Below are positions 63,432-64,000 of a DNA stretch of 64,000 bases, one piece after another. Positions within the stretch are counted from its first letter, which is position 1. Every line of letters begins with the position of its first letter. A program made the translations under genes and the position numbers. This stretch comes from Anaeromyxobacter sp. (lineage in GTDB: Bacteria > Myxococcota > Myxococcia > Myxococcales > Anaeromyxobacteraceae). The notes beneath the pieces were generated by a model, which had not been told where the DNA came from, made no database searches, and saw only the letters and a program-made list of their open reading frames with translations. The stretch lies in the NCBI GenBank assembly GCA_049840735.1, contig JASGJN010000013.1, forward strand, positions 160,001 to 224,000, read 5' to 3'.

Positions 63432-64000
63432 ATGCCCGATTCGACTGGAGATCGCCTTCTTCGCCTCGAGCCTCGTCTCCGCCTACTGGAACGGGGCCGC
63501 CACCTACTACCGGGGGCTGGCACGCGCGCTCCACGCGCGGGGCCACCGGCTCACCTTCTACGAGCCGGACGCGTTCGACCGGCAGCGCCACCGCGACATC
63601 CCCGACCCGCCCTGGGCCCGGGTGGTGGTCTGGGATCCGGCCGATCCGGCGGACCTGCGCCGCTGCCTCGAGGACGCAGGACGCGCCGACCTGGTGGTGA
63701 AGGCCAGCGGCGTGGGGGTGCACGACGCCCTGCTGGAGGCCGCCGTCCCGGCGCTGCGCCGGCCGGGGAACCTGGTCGCCTTCTGGGACGTGGACGCGCC
63801 GGCCACGCTGGAGCGGCTGGCGCAGGACCCGGCCGACCCGTTCCACCCGCTGGTCCCGCGCTACGACGTGGTCTTCACCTACGGCGGCGGCGACCCGGTG
63901 GTGGCCGCCTACCGCCGGCTGGGCGCGCGCGCCTGCGTCCCCATCTACAACGGCCTCGATCCCGAGACGCACCGCCCGGTGCGGCCGGATCCGCGCTACG
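63432..64000 (+). CDS. CgeB-family glycosyltransferase, 3' end outside window (apparent frameshift ~63439)
   Basis: Removing one T from CCCGATTCGA gives MPDRLEIAFFASSLVSAYWNGAATYYRG..FYEPDAFDRQRHRD..VKASGVG..FWDVDAPATL..TYGGG..PIYNGLDP. Confidence 0.88.
   Translation, partial: MPDSTGDRLLRLEPRLRLLERGRHLLPGAGTRAPRAGPPAHLLRAGRVRPAAPPRHPRPALGPGGGLGSGRSGGPAPLPRGRRTRRPGGEGQRRGGARRPAGGRRPGAAPAGEPGRLLGRGRAGHAGAAGAGPGRPVPPAGPALRRGLHLRRRRPGGGRLPPAGRARLRPHLQRPRSRDAPPGAAGSAL

Overview
Very GC-rich bacterial chromosomal segment. Gene order and protein style point to Myxococcota, most like Anaeromyxobacter (inference). It is mostly housekeeping: purC, purB, dut, pnp, rpsO, truB, rbfA, infB, nusA, rimP; tlyA, dxs, ispA, xseAB; hemE/N/H; lpxI/A/D, fabZ, skp, bamA, lolCD, lysS. 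Accessory parts are a GH57/DUF4912 pair, myxobacterial-style signalling fusions, an Omp85-DUF4390-histidine kinase operon, an RpoH-like sigma factor and a CgeB-like glycosyltransferase/epimerase cluster that runs off the right end. No rRNA, tRNA, CRISPR, integrase or transposase was seen. I count 21 single-base frameshifts, several in essential genes. Twenty sit in or beside GATC, and there are also apparent GATC->GATT/AATC substitutions. This looks like long-read miscalling at a modified GATC (probably the cytosine) rather than pseudogenisation. Best candidates for undescribed biology: (1) two paralogous stand-alone multi-TM sensor-like proteins bracketing a 79-aa helical protein (15.7-17.7 kb); (2) an Omp85 barrel + DUF4390 + orphan HAMP histidine kinase operon that may signal across the envelope; (3) a histone-like AKP-repeat/DUF4912 protein coupled to a GH57 branching enzyme; (4) a four-copy structured repeat with compensatory base changes; (5) an att-like duplication of the tlyA 3' end around a multi-hairpin element. 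All family names come from motif recognition, not database searches.
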